A DNA stretch of 64,000 nucleotides from Fimbriimonadales bacterium. Lineage in GTDB: Bacteria; Armatimonadota; Fimbriimonadia; Fimbriimonadales; ATM1. A model generated the notes under the pieces. That model searched no databases, was not told where the DNA came from, and worked only from the letters and a program-made list of their open reading frames with translations. This document shows, piece by piece, positions 9,149-19,575 of this stretch. A program made the translations under genes and the position numbers. The first letter of the stretch is position 1; the number at the start of each line of letters is the position of its first letter. Where the stretch lies: assembly GCA_041744215.1 (NCBI GenBank), contig JBGTLG010000022.1, positions 14,247-78,246 on the forward strand, in the 5' to 3' direction.

Positions 9149-10464
9149 AGTTAGTTCTCAAGAACGGAAGAATTCTCGACCCGAGCCAGGATCTCGATAT
9201 CGTTGGCAGCGTCACGATCGTTGATGACCAAATAGATGAAGTCGGCGAAACAGTCGATGAGCGCGGCGCATTCGAAGTCTACGACTGTGCTGGCATGTGG
9301 ATCACCCCTGGTCTGGTCGATCTTCATGTCCACCTGCGTGAGCCAGGCTTCTCGCATAAGGAGACGATCATCAGCGGCACGCAGTCGGCTGCAGCGGGCG
9401 GATACACCGTAATCTGCTGTATGCCGAACACCGATCCGCCGCTTGACGACCCTGCATTGATCGACTTCATATTGGATCGGAGCGCTTCGCCAGAAGCGGG
9501 CGGAGTGTTTGTACAGCCGATCGGCGCGCTTACGCGCGGCATGAAGGGTGAACAGCCTGCCAATCTTGCATCGCTCAAGCGCGCCGGCATCGTAGCGGCG
9601 AGCGACGACGCGTTTCCTGTACAAAACTCTCAGGTGATGATGCGCTGCATGGAGCTTTGTCGTCAGCTCGACTTGCCCGTCGCCGTCCATTGCGAGGACG
9701 AGTCCTTGACTCAAGGTTCGAGCATGAACGAGGGAGCTATGAGCGCGATGTTAGGGCTCAAGGGGATGCCAAGAACGGCAGAAGAGATCCAAGTCGCGCG
9801 TAACTGCATGCTCAGCCTTGAAACGGGATGTCCGCTGCACATTCTTCACGTAAGCACGTGGGGATCCGTCGAGATCATTAAGCAGGCGAAGTTCTTGGGC
9901 GCGCCCGTGACCGCAGAGGTATGCCCGCACCACTTCTCGATGACCGATGAAGACATGGTGCCCTTTGATACGAATTGGAAGATGAATCCGCCGCTCAGAA
10001 CGCAGGTCGATGTTGACATTTTGCTTGGTGCGATTGCTGATGGAACGATCGATTGCATCAGCACGGACCACGCGCCGCATGCGGCATATGAGAAAGACAG
10101 ACCGTTCGACGAAGCGCCATTCGGAATCGTCGGGCTGGAATCTGCCGTTGGTGTGACCTTGACTTACCTCACGCACAAGGGCGTTATCAGCCCCTTAGAG
10201 ACAATTCGCCGAATGAGCACTCGCGCCGCGGAAGTCTATCGACTTGATGCCGGGACGTTGAAGAAAGGTAGGACGCCGGTTGCGCAGATCACCGTCATCG
10301 ATCCTGATGTGGAGTGGACATTTGATGTAAACAAAACATTCAGCAAAGGTAAGAACTCGCTTTATCACGGCATGAAGCTGAAAGGGAAAGCGATGCTAAC
10401 TTTCAGCGGTGGAGAGGTTTATCGCGACGCCTTGTGGGCCGGTGGCGAGCGCGTGACGGCCTAA
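9145..10464 (+). CDS. pyrC: Dihydroorotase
   Basis: DLHVHLREPG, KMNPPLR, TDHAPH. Confidence 0.96.
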   Translation: MKLVLKNGRILDPSQDLDIVGSVTIVDDQIDEVGETVDERGAFEVYDCAGMWITPGLVDLHVHLREPGFSHKETIISGTQSAAAGGYTVICCMPNTDPPLDDPALIDFILDRSASPEAGGVFVQPIGALTRGMKGEQPANLASLKRAGIVAASDDAFPVQNSQVMMRCMELCRQLDLPVAVHCEDESLTQGSSMNEGAMSAMLGLKGMPRTAEEIQVARNCMLSLETGCPLHILHVSTWGSVEIIKQAKFLGAPVTAEVCPHHFSMTDEDMVPFDTNWKMNPPLRTQVDVDILLGAIADGTIDCISTDHAPHAAYEKDRPFDEAPFGIVGLESAVGVTLTYLTHKGVISPLETIRRMSTRAAEVYRLDAGTLKKGRTPVAQITVIDPDVEWTFDVNKTFSKGKNSLYHGMKLKGKAMLTFSGGEVYRDALWAGGERVTA

Positions 10465-11546
10465 ACCAGCAACCCTTCCACCTGTGATATCCTGCTCATC
10501 AACTCATCGCGGTCCTCGCAGACCAGCGTAACATGTCCGACCTTGCGCCCAGGTTTTGGCGACTTGTCATACGCATGAAGGTGTGCGCCGCGGATCGCAA
10601 GTATGTCTTCATGGCGAGGAATATCGCCAATCAGATTCACCATTCCTGCAAGCCCTCGTGCTGCAGTCGATCCCAGTGGTAAGCCGAGAATCGCACGGAG
10701 GTGGTTTTCGAACTGACTCGTCTCTGCTCCTTCGATCGTCCAGTGCCCTGAGTTGTGTACACGAGGAGCCATTTCGTTCGCGAGCAGTTTTTCGCCCAAT
10801 TGGAAGAATTCAATCGCCAGAACGCCCACATAACTCAGCCGCTCGAGGATGCGAGCCGCTATCGCTTCTGCATTGGCTTGAAGAGAGCTTGGTGCACTTG
10901 GGACTGGTGCTACGGATCTGCGGAGAATGCCGTCACGATGGAGATTCTCGATCAGGGGATAGAACGCAGTCTCCCCTCTCGCTGAACGTACCGCGATAAT
11001 CGACAGCTCGCGGTCGAATCGAACGAACGATTCAAGGATTAGTGGTCGGCCAGTACTCAGACCCCCCCCGTCGGCAACATCGCTCGACGATGAGAGCACG
11101 TATTGGCCCTTGCCGTCATAGCCGAAACGACGTGTCTTCAGCACAGCTGGGAATCCCGTCCGAGCAATTGCGTCGTGCAAATCGGTTAGCGAGTCCACCG
11201 CAAAGTAATCCGGCGTGTCAATGCCCAGTTCGCTAAACAAGGTCTTCTCGGCGAGACGGTCTTGCATCACGCGCAGGGCGGCTGTCGGTGGATAAACAGG
11301 AACGTCTCCGCATAGCCACGGCGAGTCAGAGTTTACATTTTCGAATTCGTACGTCACGACGTCCAACGATCGCAACGTGTCGGTAACCCGGGAAGGATCC
11401 AGATAGTCTTGATTCAGGAGCGGTGCGACTCGCCCAGCGCACGCCTCAGCAGAAGGGTCCACGATGACGAATCGGAGACCGAGCGGATAACCCGCAAGCG
11501 CAAGCATTCGGCCCAGCTGCCCTCCGCCCAAGATTCCAACGGTCAT
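10461..11546 (-). CDS. purK: N5-carboxyaminoimidazole ribonucleotide synthase
   Basis: [31 protein letters not shown]. Confidence 0.97.
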   Translation of the reverse strand: MTVGILGGGQLGRMLALAGYPLGLRFVIVDPSAEACAGRVAPLLNQDYLDPSRVTDTLRSLDVVTYEFENVNSDSPWLCGDVPVYPPTAALRVMQDRLAEKTLFSELGIDTPDYFAVDSLTDLHDAIARTGFPAVLKTRRFGYDGKGQYVLSSSSDVADGGGLSTGRPLILESFVRFDRELSIIAVRSARGETAFYPLIENLHRDGILRRSVAPVPSAPSSLQANAEAIAARILERLSYVGVLAIEFFQLGEKLLANEMAPRVHNSGHWTIEGAETSQFENHLRAILGLPLGSTAARGLAGMVNLIGDIPRHEDILAIRGAHLHAYDKSPKPGRKVGHVTLVCEDRDELMSRISQVEGLLV

Positions 11547-12034
11547 GACGAACTTGGGTCCGGGTTTTCCAAAACGGTTTTCGTTTGCCGCTTGCGATAA
11601 TCAATCACAGCCTTTTCAATTTGCGTGTTAGATCTTGAAAGGATTGACGCAGCGAGAAGCGCCGCATTGATCGCGCCAGCCTTTCCAATCGCGACGGTCG
11701 CAACAGGCACTCCAGCAGGCATCTGAACAATCGAAAGCAGCGAATCCAACCCTTTTAGGGACTTCGATTCCACCGGTACGCCGATGACCGGAAGATGCGT
11801 CTTGCTCGCCGTCATACCGGGCAGATGCGCCGCCCCGCCTGCTCCGGCGATGATCACCTCGATCCCTCGGCCCGCCGCCTCCTCTGCGTATTCGAAGAGC
11901 AAATCCGGCGTTCGATGCGCAGAAACGACTCGTTTCTCAAAAGGGACCTTAAGCGCCTCCAGGGTCTCCGCCGCGTGCTGCATCGTCTCCCAGTCCGATT
12001 TTGAACCCATGATCAGGCCGACAAGGGGCTGCAT
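11543..12034 (-). CDS. purE: N5-CAIR mutase
   Basis: [31 protein letters not shown]. Confidence 0.97.
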   Translation of the reverse strand: MQPLVGLIMGSKSDWETMQHAAETLEALKVPFEKRVVSAHRTPDLLFEYAEEAAGRGIEVIIAGAGGAAHLPGMTASKTHLPVIGVPVESKSLKGLDSLLSIVQMPAGVPVATVAIGKAGAINAALLAASILSRSNTQIEKAVIDYRKRQTKTVLENPDPSSS

Positions 12035-12043
12035 GGAACGAGT

Positions 12044-12628
12044 TTACCGGCGACGCGGCTTGCCTGTGATCCGATGACACTTTCGGCACCTTGCCTCGTA
12101 TGTTTCCGTAGCCCCGATCAGAATCACCGGATCGCTCCAGGCGGCTGGCTTTCCATCGATGATTCGCTGAGTGTGGCTCGCGGGCTCGCCACAAACCACA
12201 CAGATCGCGCGGAGCTTCACGATCTCATCCGCCAGAGATAAAAGCCTTGATATCGGCCCAAACGGCTCCCTTCGGAAATCCTGATCGAGTCCTGCCACGA
12301 TAACGTGGATGCCCCGGTCCGCGAGCTCAACGGCCAAGTCCGGCAGCGACTGGTCGAAGAACTGGGCCTCTTCGATCACCACTACCCGCGCATCAGGGTC
12401 GATCCGATCGCGGAGTTCGCTGACAGAAGCCACTGGCGTCGCTGCGTGAGTCACCCCCATGTGAGTCGCGACCATTGCCTGCTCGTATCTCTCATCGAGT
12501 TGGTGCTTAAACACCTGAACGCGCTGCTTCGCGAACATTGCGCGGCGGACCAGTCGGATGAGCTCCTCCGACTTTCCGGCAAACATGGAACCGCAAATCA
12601 CGGTGATCTGGCCGCGGCGCGACTTCAT
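12044..12628 (-). CDS. tdk: Thymidine kinase
   Basis: GSMFAGKSEEL, EEAQFF, AGLDQDF, zinc Cys pairs, YEARCR. Confidence 0.95.
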   Translation of the reverse strand: MKSRRGQITVICGSMFAGKSEELIRLVRRAMFAKQRVQVFKHQLDERYEQAMVATHMGVTHAATPVASVSELRDRIDPDARVVVIEEAQFFDQSLPDLAVELADRGIHVIVAGLDQDFRREPFGPISRLLSLADEIVKLRAICVVCGEPASHTQRIIDGKPAAWSDPVILIGATETYEARCRKCHRITGKPRRR

Positions 12629-12711
12629 TGCCTCATTCTGAAAGAAGGAAAGCCGCTGGTGACGGCGAACTTAATGGTCGACGTGCGCGAGCAACTATTG
12701 GGTGGGAAGCA

Positions 12712-13860
12712 GTGATCATCGGAGTACCCACCGAAACTACCCCCGGCGAAAGGCGAGTGGCGCTGACTCCTGACGGAGTGAAGGCGCTCGTCTCACGTGA
12801 TATCGCCGTCGCTGTCCAGTCCGGAGCGGGTCTTGGCGCAATGGTACAAGACCAGGAATACTCCGATGCTGGGGCTCAAATCGTCCGCGACGCAATCGAG
12901 GCGGCGGACTTGCTCGTGAAAGTGATCGGTCCCGAAGATGGCTCGTCCGACAGCGAGTTGATGCGACTCAAACCCGGCAGCGCGCTCGTCGCGCTCTTGT
13001 TTCCTCACACAAACGTCGATACGATCGCGTCGTTGGCAGAACGCAACATCACAGCTTTTGCGATGGACCTCATGCCCCGCATTTCCCGCGCACAGAGCAT
13101 GGACGCATTGACTTCGATGAGCACAATCGCCGGCTACCAGGCTGCGCTGATAGCTGCCGAGAAACTTCCAAAGTTTTTCCCCATGCTGATGACCGCAGCC
13201 GGCACGCTCGCCCCCGCGCGTGTGTTAGTGATCGGCGCAGGCGTTGCCGGCTTACAGGCGATCGCGACCTGTCGGCGCCTCGGCGCGATGGTCGAAGCAT
13301 TCGATGTCCGCCCAGCGGTCAAAGAGCAAATTCAAAGCCTCGGAGCAAAGTTCGTGGACCTCGGCCTATCAGCCGAAGAGTCGGAAGACGCGGGCGGCTA
13401 CGCAAAGGAAGTCAGCGGCACAACGCATGCGAAAGAACTCGAAGTCATTGCATCCCGGCTGCCAAAGTGTGATGTCGTCATCACCACAGCACTGATCCCA
13501 GGTCGGCACGCACCAACTCTTATCACAAGAGAGATGGTCAGGCTGATGCAGCGAGGGTCGCTGATAGTTGACCTCGCCGCAGTGAACGGCGGAAACTGCG
13601 AAGCGACCGTTCCCGGGGAGACAGTGGACTACGAGGGAGTGACCATCATGGCGCCACTGGATCTCCCATCAAAAATGGCCGTTCACGCTAGTCGAATGTA
13701 TTCGAAAAACATGACCGAGTTTCTCACTCACATTATCCGCGATCAGAAACTGGTGCTTGACCTCGAAGACGAAATCACACATGGCACGCTTGTGACACAC
13801 GAGGGAAGAGTGATCCACGAGCCGACGCGGCTAAAGATCGAGAGGACGAAAAAATCATGA
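12712..13860 (+). CDS. pntA: NAD(P) transhydrogenase alpha subunit part 1 (domain I)
   Basis: GVPTE..PGERRVALTP, RISRAQSMD, GAGVAGL, DLAAVNGGNC; start set at GTG 12712. Confidence 0.93.
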   Translation: MIIGVPTETTPGERRVALTPDGVKALVSRDIAVAVQSGAGLGAMVQDQEYSDAGAQIVRDAIEAADLLVKVIGPEDGSSDSELMRLKPGSALVALLFPHTNVDTIASLAERNITAFAMDLMPRISRAQSMDALTSMSTIAGYQAALIAAEKLPKFFPMLMTAAGTLAPARVLVIGAGVAGLQAIATCRRLGAMVEAFDVRPAVKEQIQSLGAKFVDLGLSAEESEDAGGYAKEVSGTTHAKELEVIASRLPKCDVVITTALIPGRHAPTLITREMVRLMQRGSLIVDLAAVNGGNCEATVPGETVDYEGVTIMAPLDLPSKMAVHASRMYSKNMTEFLTHIIRDQKLVLDLEDEITHGTLVTHEGRVIHEPTRLKIERTKKS

Positions 13861-14159
13861 CCCTGATTGTCGTAATCACCATTTTCGTGCTTGCCGTTTT
13901 TGTCGGCCTCGAGATCATCACCAAAGTTCCTCCGATTCTGCATACACCATTGATGTCCGCGACGAACGCAATCCATGGCGTCATCCTGGTTGGCGCATTG
14001 ATAGTTCTCGCACACGCTCATTCTACGGCGGAAATCGTGCTTGGCATGATCGCCGTCGTCTTCGCTACACTCAATGTTGTTGGCGGATTCGTTGTCACCG
14101 ATCGTATGCTTGAAATGTTTAAGAAACGACCCGATCCGCCGGAGAAGAAGCATGAATGA
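13857..14159 (+). CDS. NAD(P) transhydrogenase alpha subunit part 2
   Basis: LHTPLMSATNAIHG, NVVGGFVVTDRML. Confidence 0.93.
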   Translation: MTLIVVITIFVLAVFVGLEIITKVPPILHTPLMSATNAIHGVILVGALIVLAHAHSTAEIVLGMIAVVFATLNVVGGFVVTDRMLEMFKKRPDPPEKKHE

Positions 14160-15546
14160 TCACTGGCTGATCGAGCTTGGCTACCTGGTCGGCGCAGTCC
14201 TTTTCATCCTTGCTCTGAAGCTCCTCAATTCTCCCAAGACTGCAAGACGAGGAAACTGGTTGGCGGCCCTGGGCATGGCGATAGCGTTGGGAACTGTTGG
14301 GTTCAGCCTCGGCCATGTCGAAACGCAAAACTACATTTTCATTGCCGTCGCTGTGGTGGCTGGCACGATTATCGGCTCGATCTCCGCAAAGCGTGTCCAG
14401 ATGACCGCGATGCCGCAAATGGTTGCATTGTTCAATGGAGTCGGCGGTGGCGCGGTTGCGCTGGTCGCGATGATCGAGTTTATGGCCGAGCCAGGCGAAC
14501 GGCTCGCACCAGTTCCTTTAGTTACTGCTGTGCTCAGCGCAATAATTGGCTCGGTATCGTTCTCGGGCAGCATGATTGCGTTTGGAAAGCTGCAAGAGAT
14601 AATGCCAGGCAAGCCGATTCTGTATCCTGGCGACAAGGTAGTGACCGCGCTCGTGCTCGCTGCGGTTATCGCTCTTGCCGTACTGCCGATCTCCGGCTCC
14701 ACATCGATTGCGCTTTTCGCCGGGTTACTCGGTACTGCGACCCTTCTCGGAATCCTCATGGTGCTTCCGATTGGGGGAGCGGATATGCCCGTCGTAATTT
14801 CTCTGCTGAATTCATTCACTGGATTGGCGGCAGGTCTGGCCGGTTTCGTTCTCGGAAACACTGCGCTCCTGATCGGCGGTGGCCTTGTCGGTGCGAGCGG
14901 GCTAATTCTCACACTCCAAATGTGTTCCGCGATGAATCGGTCCCTCGAGAATGTGCTCTTTGGCGCGTTTGGGGCGGCGAAGTCAGGAGATCACACTACA
15001 GCCTCCGCGACTGGAAGAATCCGCAGCTACTCAGTCGAAGACGCTGCGATCATTTTCGCTAGCGCGAGGACTGTCATCGTTGTCCCGGGCTACGGGCTCG
15101 CCGTCGCCCAGGCCCAGCACGTAGTCAAGGAGCTGATGGAGAAACTCGAAGCGCGAGGAATTCAAGTCAAGTTTGCAGTTCATCCAGTCGCAGGTCGAAT
15201 GCCAGGTCATATGAATGTTCTTTTGGCTGAAGCTGATATCTCGTACGATCACCTCTTCGATCTGGATGAGATAAACTCCGATTTTCCAGAAACAGATGTC
15301 GCGTTGGTGATCGGCGCAAATGACGTTGTCAACCCGGCTGCGCGCACCGATAAATCTTCTCCGATCTACGGCATGCCGATACTTGACGTCGACAAAGCCA
15401 AAACAGTTATCGTTTCAAAGCGCGGTATGGGCGCAGGATTCGCAGGGATCGAAAATGAACTCTTCCTGCAAGAAAACACGGTCATGGTGTTTGGCGATGC
15501 AAAAGCAACAATGACCAAGCTAGTTGCTGCCCTCGACGAGTTCTAA
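14152..15546 (+). CDS. pntB: NAD(P) transhydrogenase beta subunit
   Basis: MPQMVA, IGGADMPVVISLLNS, HPVAGRMPGHMNVLLAEA; start set at ATG 14152. Confidence 0.96.
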   Translation: MNDHWLIELGYLVGAVLFILALKLLNSPKTARRGNWLAALGMAIALGTVGFSLGHVETQNYIFIAVAVVAGTIIGSISAKRVQMTAMPQMVALFNGVGGGAVALVAMIEFMAEPGERLAPVPLVTAVLSAIIGSVSFSGSMIAFGKLQEIMPGKPILYPGDKVVTALVLAAVIALAVLPISGSTSIALFAGLLGTATLLGILMVLPIGGADMPVVISLLNSFTGLAAGLAGFVLGNTALLIGGGLVGASGLILTLQMCSAMNRSLENVLFGAFGAAKSGDHTTASATGRIRSYSVEDAAIIFASARTVIVVPGYGLAVAQAQHVVKELMEKLEARGIQVKFAVHPVAGRMPGHMNVLLAEADISYDHLFDLDEINSDFPETDVALVIGANDVVNPAARTDKSSPIYGMPILDVDKAKTVIVSKRGMGAGFAGIENELFLQENTVMVFGDAKATMTKLVAALDEF

Positions 15547-15890
15547 ACGTGAACAAACTCGCCAATCATTGCGGGTAACTGCTCAATCGGCACGAATGCA
15601 GCGGACGGAAACTTCTGCCGAGCTGCCGCAACCTTGTCGGGTGTTCCGCCGACGAAGATGATCGGAATGTCTCGCCTCGACTCTGCTTCCCAAATCCACT
15701 CGGCGACGCTCCGCCCATGAGATGGCAAACGCTCCAGCGAGATGATCACCAGGTCGGGACGGTAGTCGCCCCAGCGATCAAACGAATCCGTGTTCCACTG
15801 GGTGCGAACTGCATGCCCTTCCCGCGAAAGAGGAATTGCAAGCGACTCGATCTCCTCTTGGTTCCAGTGGACAATATAGACATTCGCCAT
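15543..15890 (-). CDS. Atypical stand-alone receiver-like protein
   Basis: CheY-like layout (RPDLVIIS...DIPIIFV) without the acidic pocket or phospho-Asp. Confidence 0.6.
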   Translation of the reverse strand: MANVYIVHWNQEEIESLAIPLSREGHAVRTQWNTDSFDRWGDYRPDLVIISLERLPSHGRSVAEWIWEAESRRDIPIIFVGGTPDKVAAARQKFPSAAFVPIEQLPAMIGEFVHV

Positions 15891-15919
15891 AAGTATCTTC
15901 CTGTGGACAGCTGAGTGTT

Positions 15920-15996
15920 TGGTGGGCCCAGGTAGATTCGAACTACCGACCTCGCCCTTATCAGGGGCGCGCTCTAACCAACTGAGCTATGAGCCC
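15920..15996 (-). tRNA. tRNA-Ile(GAT)
   Basis: Reverse complement GGGCTCATAGCTCAGTTGGTTAGAGCGCGCCCCTGATAAGGGCG...GGGCCCACCA. Confidence 0.96.
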
Positions 15997-16053
15997 ACAG
16001 GCGAGCGCGGAGTATACCTTGGCAGCGATGGGCGCAGATATAATGTCCACAAA

Positions 16054-17175
16054 ATGAGGGTGCAGGTTGCGGTCTCGCTTTGTGCGCTTGGAGGCACGGT
16101 TTCGGCTTGCATTTGGGATTCGGATACCCTTGCTGCCGAAGCCAAAGGCTTGCCGGGAGTTATAGAAGTTATCTTGGGGAGAGTTGATCGCAATCCTCCG
16201 TTGTACTATGAGATGCGATTGGAAAGGGTATCTGCCGTTTTGTCCACCGATCCGAGAAACCTTGAAGCATACGATGACGCGGCAGTCGCCTGCGATCGCC
16301 TTGGAAAATCTGACGAAGCGATCGACTGGATGCGCAAGAAGAAGGCGACGCTCGACCTAATGCCAGACAGTCCGTCGAAGTCCGAGCACTTGTATCGTTA
16401 CTTCGCCAACCTCGGTACGTTCGAGGTCCATCGATGGTTTGGAGATCCCGCAAACTACGACGACGTGACGCTGCTCGAAAGCGGAATCAAAAATCTTAAA
16501 GAGGCGGTAGATATCAACCCGGACGCGCACTTCGGCCGCGAACGTGTTCAGATTCTGTTGTTGGAAATGTTTTTGGCCGACCGTAATGGCACCACCGATG
16601 AGATGCGGATGCGATGGCATTTGGAGCTGAGGGATGATGCTGATAGGCTTGTGGAAGGCTTGGTTGGCTTAATGGCACTGGGAAGTGCTTGGGAAAGCAT
16701 CGATGTCATATCCCTTCTTGGCAACGCGCTTCAAGATCAGGGGAATGGTGTGCTGAGTTTCTTTGCGCTCCTTCGAGTCGAAGAGCTTCAAAGCTCGGGA
16801 AGAAAATCGATCTTCTCAGATGTTCGCTCAATCGGAGTGGGTGGCTCGACAATCCGTGACAACAGGCAAGGATCGCTCAAGAAGTCGTTCAGAGATTTGA
16901 GGGATCGGATTGACGAAGTGAATCGATACCGCGAATCCTTCATGTTGAAACGCCTTGAATCCGGACGACATCCTGATACCGATCCGTCGTTTTGGAATGG
17001 CTACGAGCCTCCAGAACTGCCGGACCTCTCAATCTATAATGATCCAGAGAGGTTTCTGCACGACGGTATGTCTGCGACCGTCGGTGGCGTCATTATCTTC
17101 GTCGCTGTCGTCATGACCTTCGCACTTTTGTTGATAGGAATTCGAAAGCGACGAATGGCGGCGAAATCGCTCTGA
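16054..17175 (+). CDS. Exported TPR-like helical protein with C-terminal TM anchor
   Basis: Signal peptide ending VSA-CIWD; TPR-like EAYDDAAVACDRLG and AVDINPDAHFGRE; C-terminal TM plus RKRR. Confidence 0.7.
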   Translation: MRVQVAVSLCALGGTVSACIWDSDTLAAEAKGLPGVIEVILGRVDRNPPLYYEMRLERVSAVLSTDPRNLEAYDDAAVACDRLGKSDEAIDWMRKKKATLDLMPDSPSKSEHLYRYFANLGTFEVHRWFGDPANYDDVTLLESGIKNLKEAVDINPDAHFGRERVQILLLEMFLADRNGTTDEMRMRWHLELRDDADRLVEGLVGLMALGSAWESIDVISLLGNALQDQGNGVLSFFALLRVEELQSSGRKSIFSDVRSIGVGGSTIRDNRQGSLKKSFRDLRDRIDEVNRYRESFMLKRLESGRHPDTDPSFWNGYEPPELPDLSIYNDPERFLHDGMSATVGGVIIFVAVVMTFALLLIGIRKRRMAAKSL

Positions 17176-17198
17176 AAGGTAGAATCGTCCTCCCTCGT

Positions 17199-17274
17199 GG
17201 GGGCATAGCTCAGCTGGGAGAGCACCTGCTTTGCAAGCAGGGGGTCAGGGGTTCGAATCCCCTTGCCTCCACCA
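17199..17274 (+). tRNA. tRNA-Ala(TGC)
   Basis: GGGGGCATAGCTCAGCTGGGAGAGCACCTGCTTTGCAAGCAGG...TGCCTCCACCA; TAGAAT -10 upstream. Confidence 0.96.
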
Positions 17275-17320
17275 AGTTTCACCGAAGATTCCCATATTTG
17301 GATATCATTCCTAGACAATC

Positions 17321-19561
17321 ATGCTTGGAATGAAGCCGATCATATTATTTGCGTGTGTCGCGTGCTGTCTCGCGTCGGTCGCAAACGAGCCCTACACACC
17401 GTCTCGCGAGGAAGTAGCCCGCGCATACCAGCGCGCCTCTGAGATAACCCGTGCAAGGAATACGGTACTCAACTCCACTCTCACGCCCAACTGGATCGGA
17501 GGCGGCAGTGCGTTTTGGTACAAGAAGCAGCTATCAGGAGGCAGGCACGAGTACGTCCGAGTCAATTCCGAGACTGGAGGAAAGTCTCCGCTCTTTGATC
17601 ACGCAAAGATGGCCGAGTCGCTCACCAAGGCGTTTTCCACAAACATCGACGCGACGCGCCTGCCTCTCGATGAAATGCGAGTAGCGACCGACGAGAAGAC
17701 GCTGACCGTAACGCGTGAATCGCAAAACTGGCTTGTCAATCTCGAAACCTACGAGTGCACTCGTACGTCGAGCGAATCGCAAGGGCAGCAACAGCAAGGG
17801 GGCAGGTCTGGGCACTCGCCCGACGGCAAGCTTCGATACGAGTTGCGTGATGGCAAGATCCAAGTGTTCGAAATCGGAGCGACCACACCAAAGTTCGAGA
17901 CTACGTTAGCTGATTATGCATCCGCATCTTGGGCGCCGAACTCTAGGCATATAGCGGCGTTTCGAGTGATCCCCGGCGATCGAAAGCAGGTGTTTCTTAT
18001 CACGTCCTCTCCGCAAAGCGGCGGCCGAGCAACGTTCGTCGCTCGAGACTACGACTTGCCGGGAGACAAGCTGGATACGTACGAAACAATCGTCATCGAC
18101 GCACAGAGCGGATCCGAGACAAAGAGCGATCTCGAGCCGTTCTGGACCGGAGGAAGGCCCTGGGCAAGTCCTCCGCGCGCACAATGGCGCGGAAGCGAAA
18201 ACAGGTTCCTTCTCCAGTTCACAGAGCGAGGGTATCAAGCGGTTCGCATAGTTGCTGTCGATCTTGAATCAGCCAAAGCCACGACTCTTATAGATGAAAG
18301 ATCAAGCACCTTCGTCGACACCACTGCTCTGATTCGACGCGATCTAACGCGAACAAATGAAACGATCTGGCGATCGGAGCGTGACGGTTTCGGCAGACTT
18401 TATCTGCACGACCTACAAACAGGCGCGCTAAAGAACGTCATTACGCCAGCGGGGTGGGTCGTACGTTCGATCGAGAACATCGACGAGGGCTCACGCACGA
18501 TCACGTTTAGTGCGAACAACACGCGCCAAGATCAAGACCCGTACTTCATCCACTTCTTCCACGTTGATTTCGACGGAAAGAACCTCGTGCGCTTGACCGA
18601 TTCGAACGGTCAGCACCGCGTCAACTTTTCCCCGAATCGAAAGCGAATCGTCACGACGTGGTCACGTGTAGACTCCCCACCAGTTCACGAACTGCGCGAT
18701 GCTGAAACCGGCAAGCTGATTTCGATTGTCGATGAGGCGGATACAACTGCCTGGGCAGGGTTCGGGATCCGACTTCCCGAAGTTTTCGTGGCGAAGGGGC
18801 GTGATGGAGCAACGGACATTTGGGGCATCGTGTGCAGGCCCCGTGATTTCGACCCAGAAAAAAAGTATCCGATCATCGAAAACATCTATGCAGGGCCGCA
18901 CGACTCGTTCGTGCCAAAGACCTTCTCGCCGGTCATGCGCATGCAGGAGCTTGCTGAACTAGGGTTCATTGTCGTACAAATCGATGGTATGGGAACTCGC
19001 AATCGGGGCAAGAAGTTTCACGATATCTGTTGGCAGAACATAGCGGATGCAGGCTTTCCCGATCGAATTCTATGGATGAAAGCGCTTGCGGAGAAGTACT
19101 CGTATATCGATATCGAGCGAGTCGGCCTGTATGGAACGTCTGCGGGTGGTCAAAACGCGGCGGGCGCGCTGCTGTTTCACCCGGAGTTCTACAAAGTTGC
19201 GGTCTCGTCGTGCGGTTGCCATGACAATCGCATGGATAAGTTCTGGTGGAACGAGCAATGGATGGGTTATCCGGTTGGCAAACATTACGAGGAGCAATCG
19301 AACATCACGAACGCTTCAAAGCTCCGAGGGAAGCTGCTGCTGATAGTTGGCGAAGTTGACACGAATGTTCCACCCGAGTCGACCATTAGGTTTGTAGATG
19401 CGCTAGTCAAAGCGAACAGAGACTTCGATTTCCTATTGATCCCTAATGCCGGTCACACCGATGGAGGAGCGTACGGAGAGTCACGGCGTAGAGACTACTT
19501 CGTGCGTCACCTTCATGGAGCTGAACCTCCCGACAGGAACGCGAATCCAACTCGTGGCTAG
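17321..19561 (+). CDS. Secreted S9/DPP-IV family peptidase
   Basis: Signal peptide; beta-propeller region; GTSAGG nucleophile, DTNV Asp, AGH His. Confidence 0.92.
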   Translation: MLGMKPIILFACVACCLASVANEPYTPSREEVARAYQRASEITRARNTVLNSTLTPNWIGGGSAFWYKKQLSGGRHEYVRVNSETGGKSPLFDHAKMAESLTKAFSTNIDATRLPLDEMRVATDEKTLTVTRESQNWLVNLETYECTRTSSESQGQQQQGGRSGHSPDGKLRYELRDGKIQVFEIGATTPKFETTLADYASASWAPNSRHIAAFRVIPGDRKQVFLITSSPQSGGRATFVARDYDLPGDKLDTYETIVIDAQSGSETKSDLEPFWTGGRPWASPPRAQWRGSENRFLLQFTERGYQAVRIVAVDLESAKATTLIDERSSTFVDTTALIRRDLTRTNETIWRSERDGFGRLYLHDLQTGALKNVITPAGWVVRSIENIDEGSRTITFSANNTRQDQDPYFIHFFHVDFDGKNLVRLTDSNGQHRVNFSPNRKRIVTTWSRVDSPPVHELRDAETGKLISIVDEADTTAWAGFGIRLPEVFVAKGRDGATDIWGIVCRPRDFDPEKKYPIIENIYAGPHDSFVPKTFSPVMRMQELAELGFIVVQIDGMGTRNRGKKFHDICWQNIADAGFPDRILWMKALAEKYSYIDIERVGLYGTSAGGQNAAGALLFHPEFYKVAVSSCGCHDNRMDKFWWNEQWMGYPVGKHYEEQSNITNASKLRGKLLLIVGEVDTNVPPESTIRFVDALVKANRDFDFLLIPNAGHTDGGAYGESRRRDYFVRHLHGAEPPDRNANPTRG

Positions 19562-19575
19562 CGTAGCAGCCCCTG

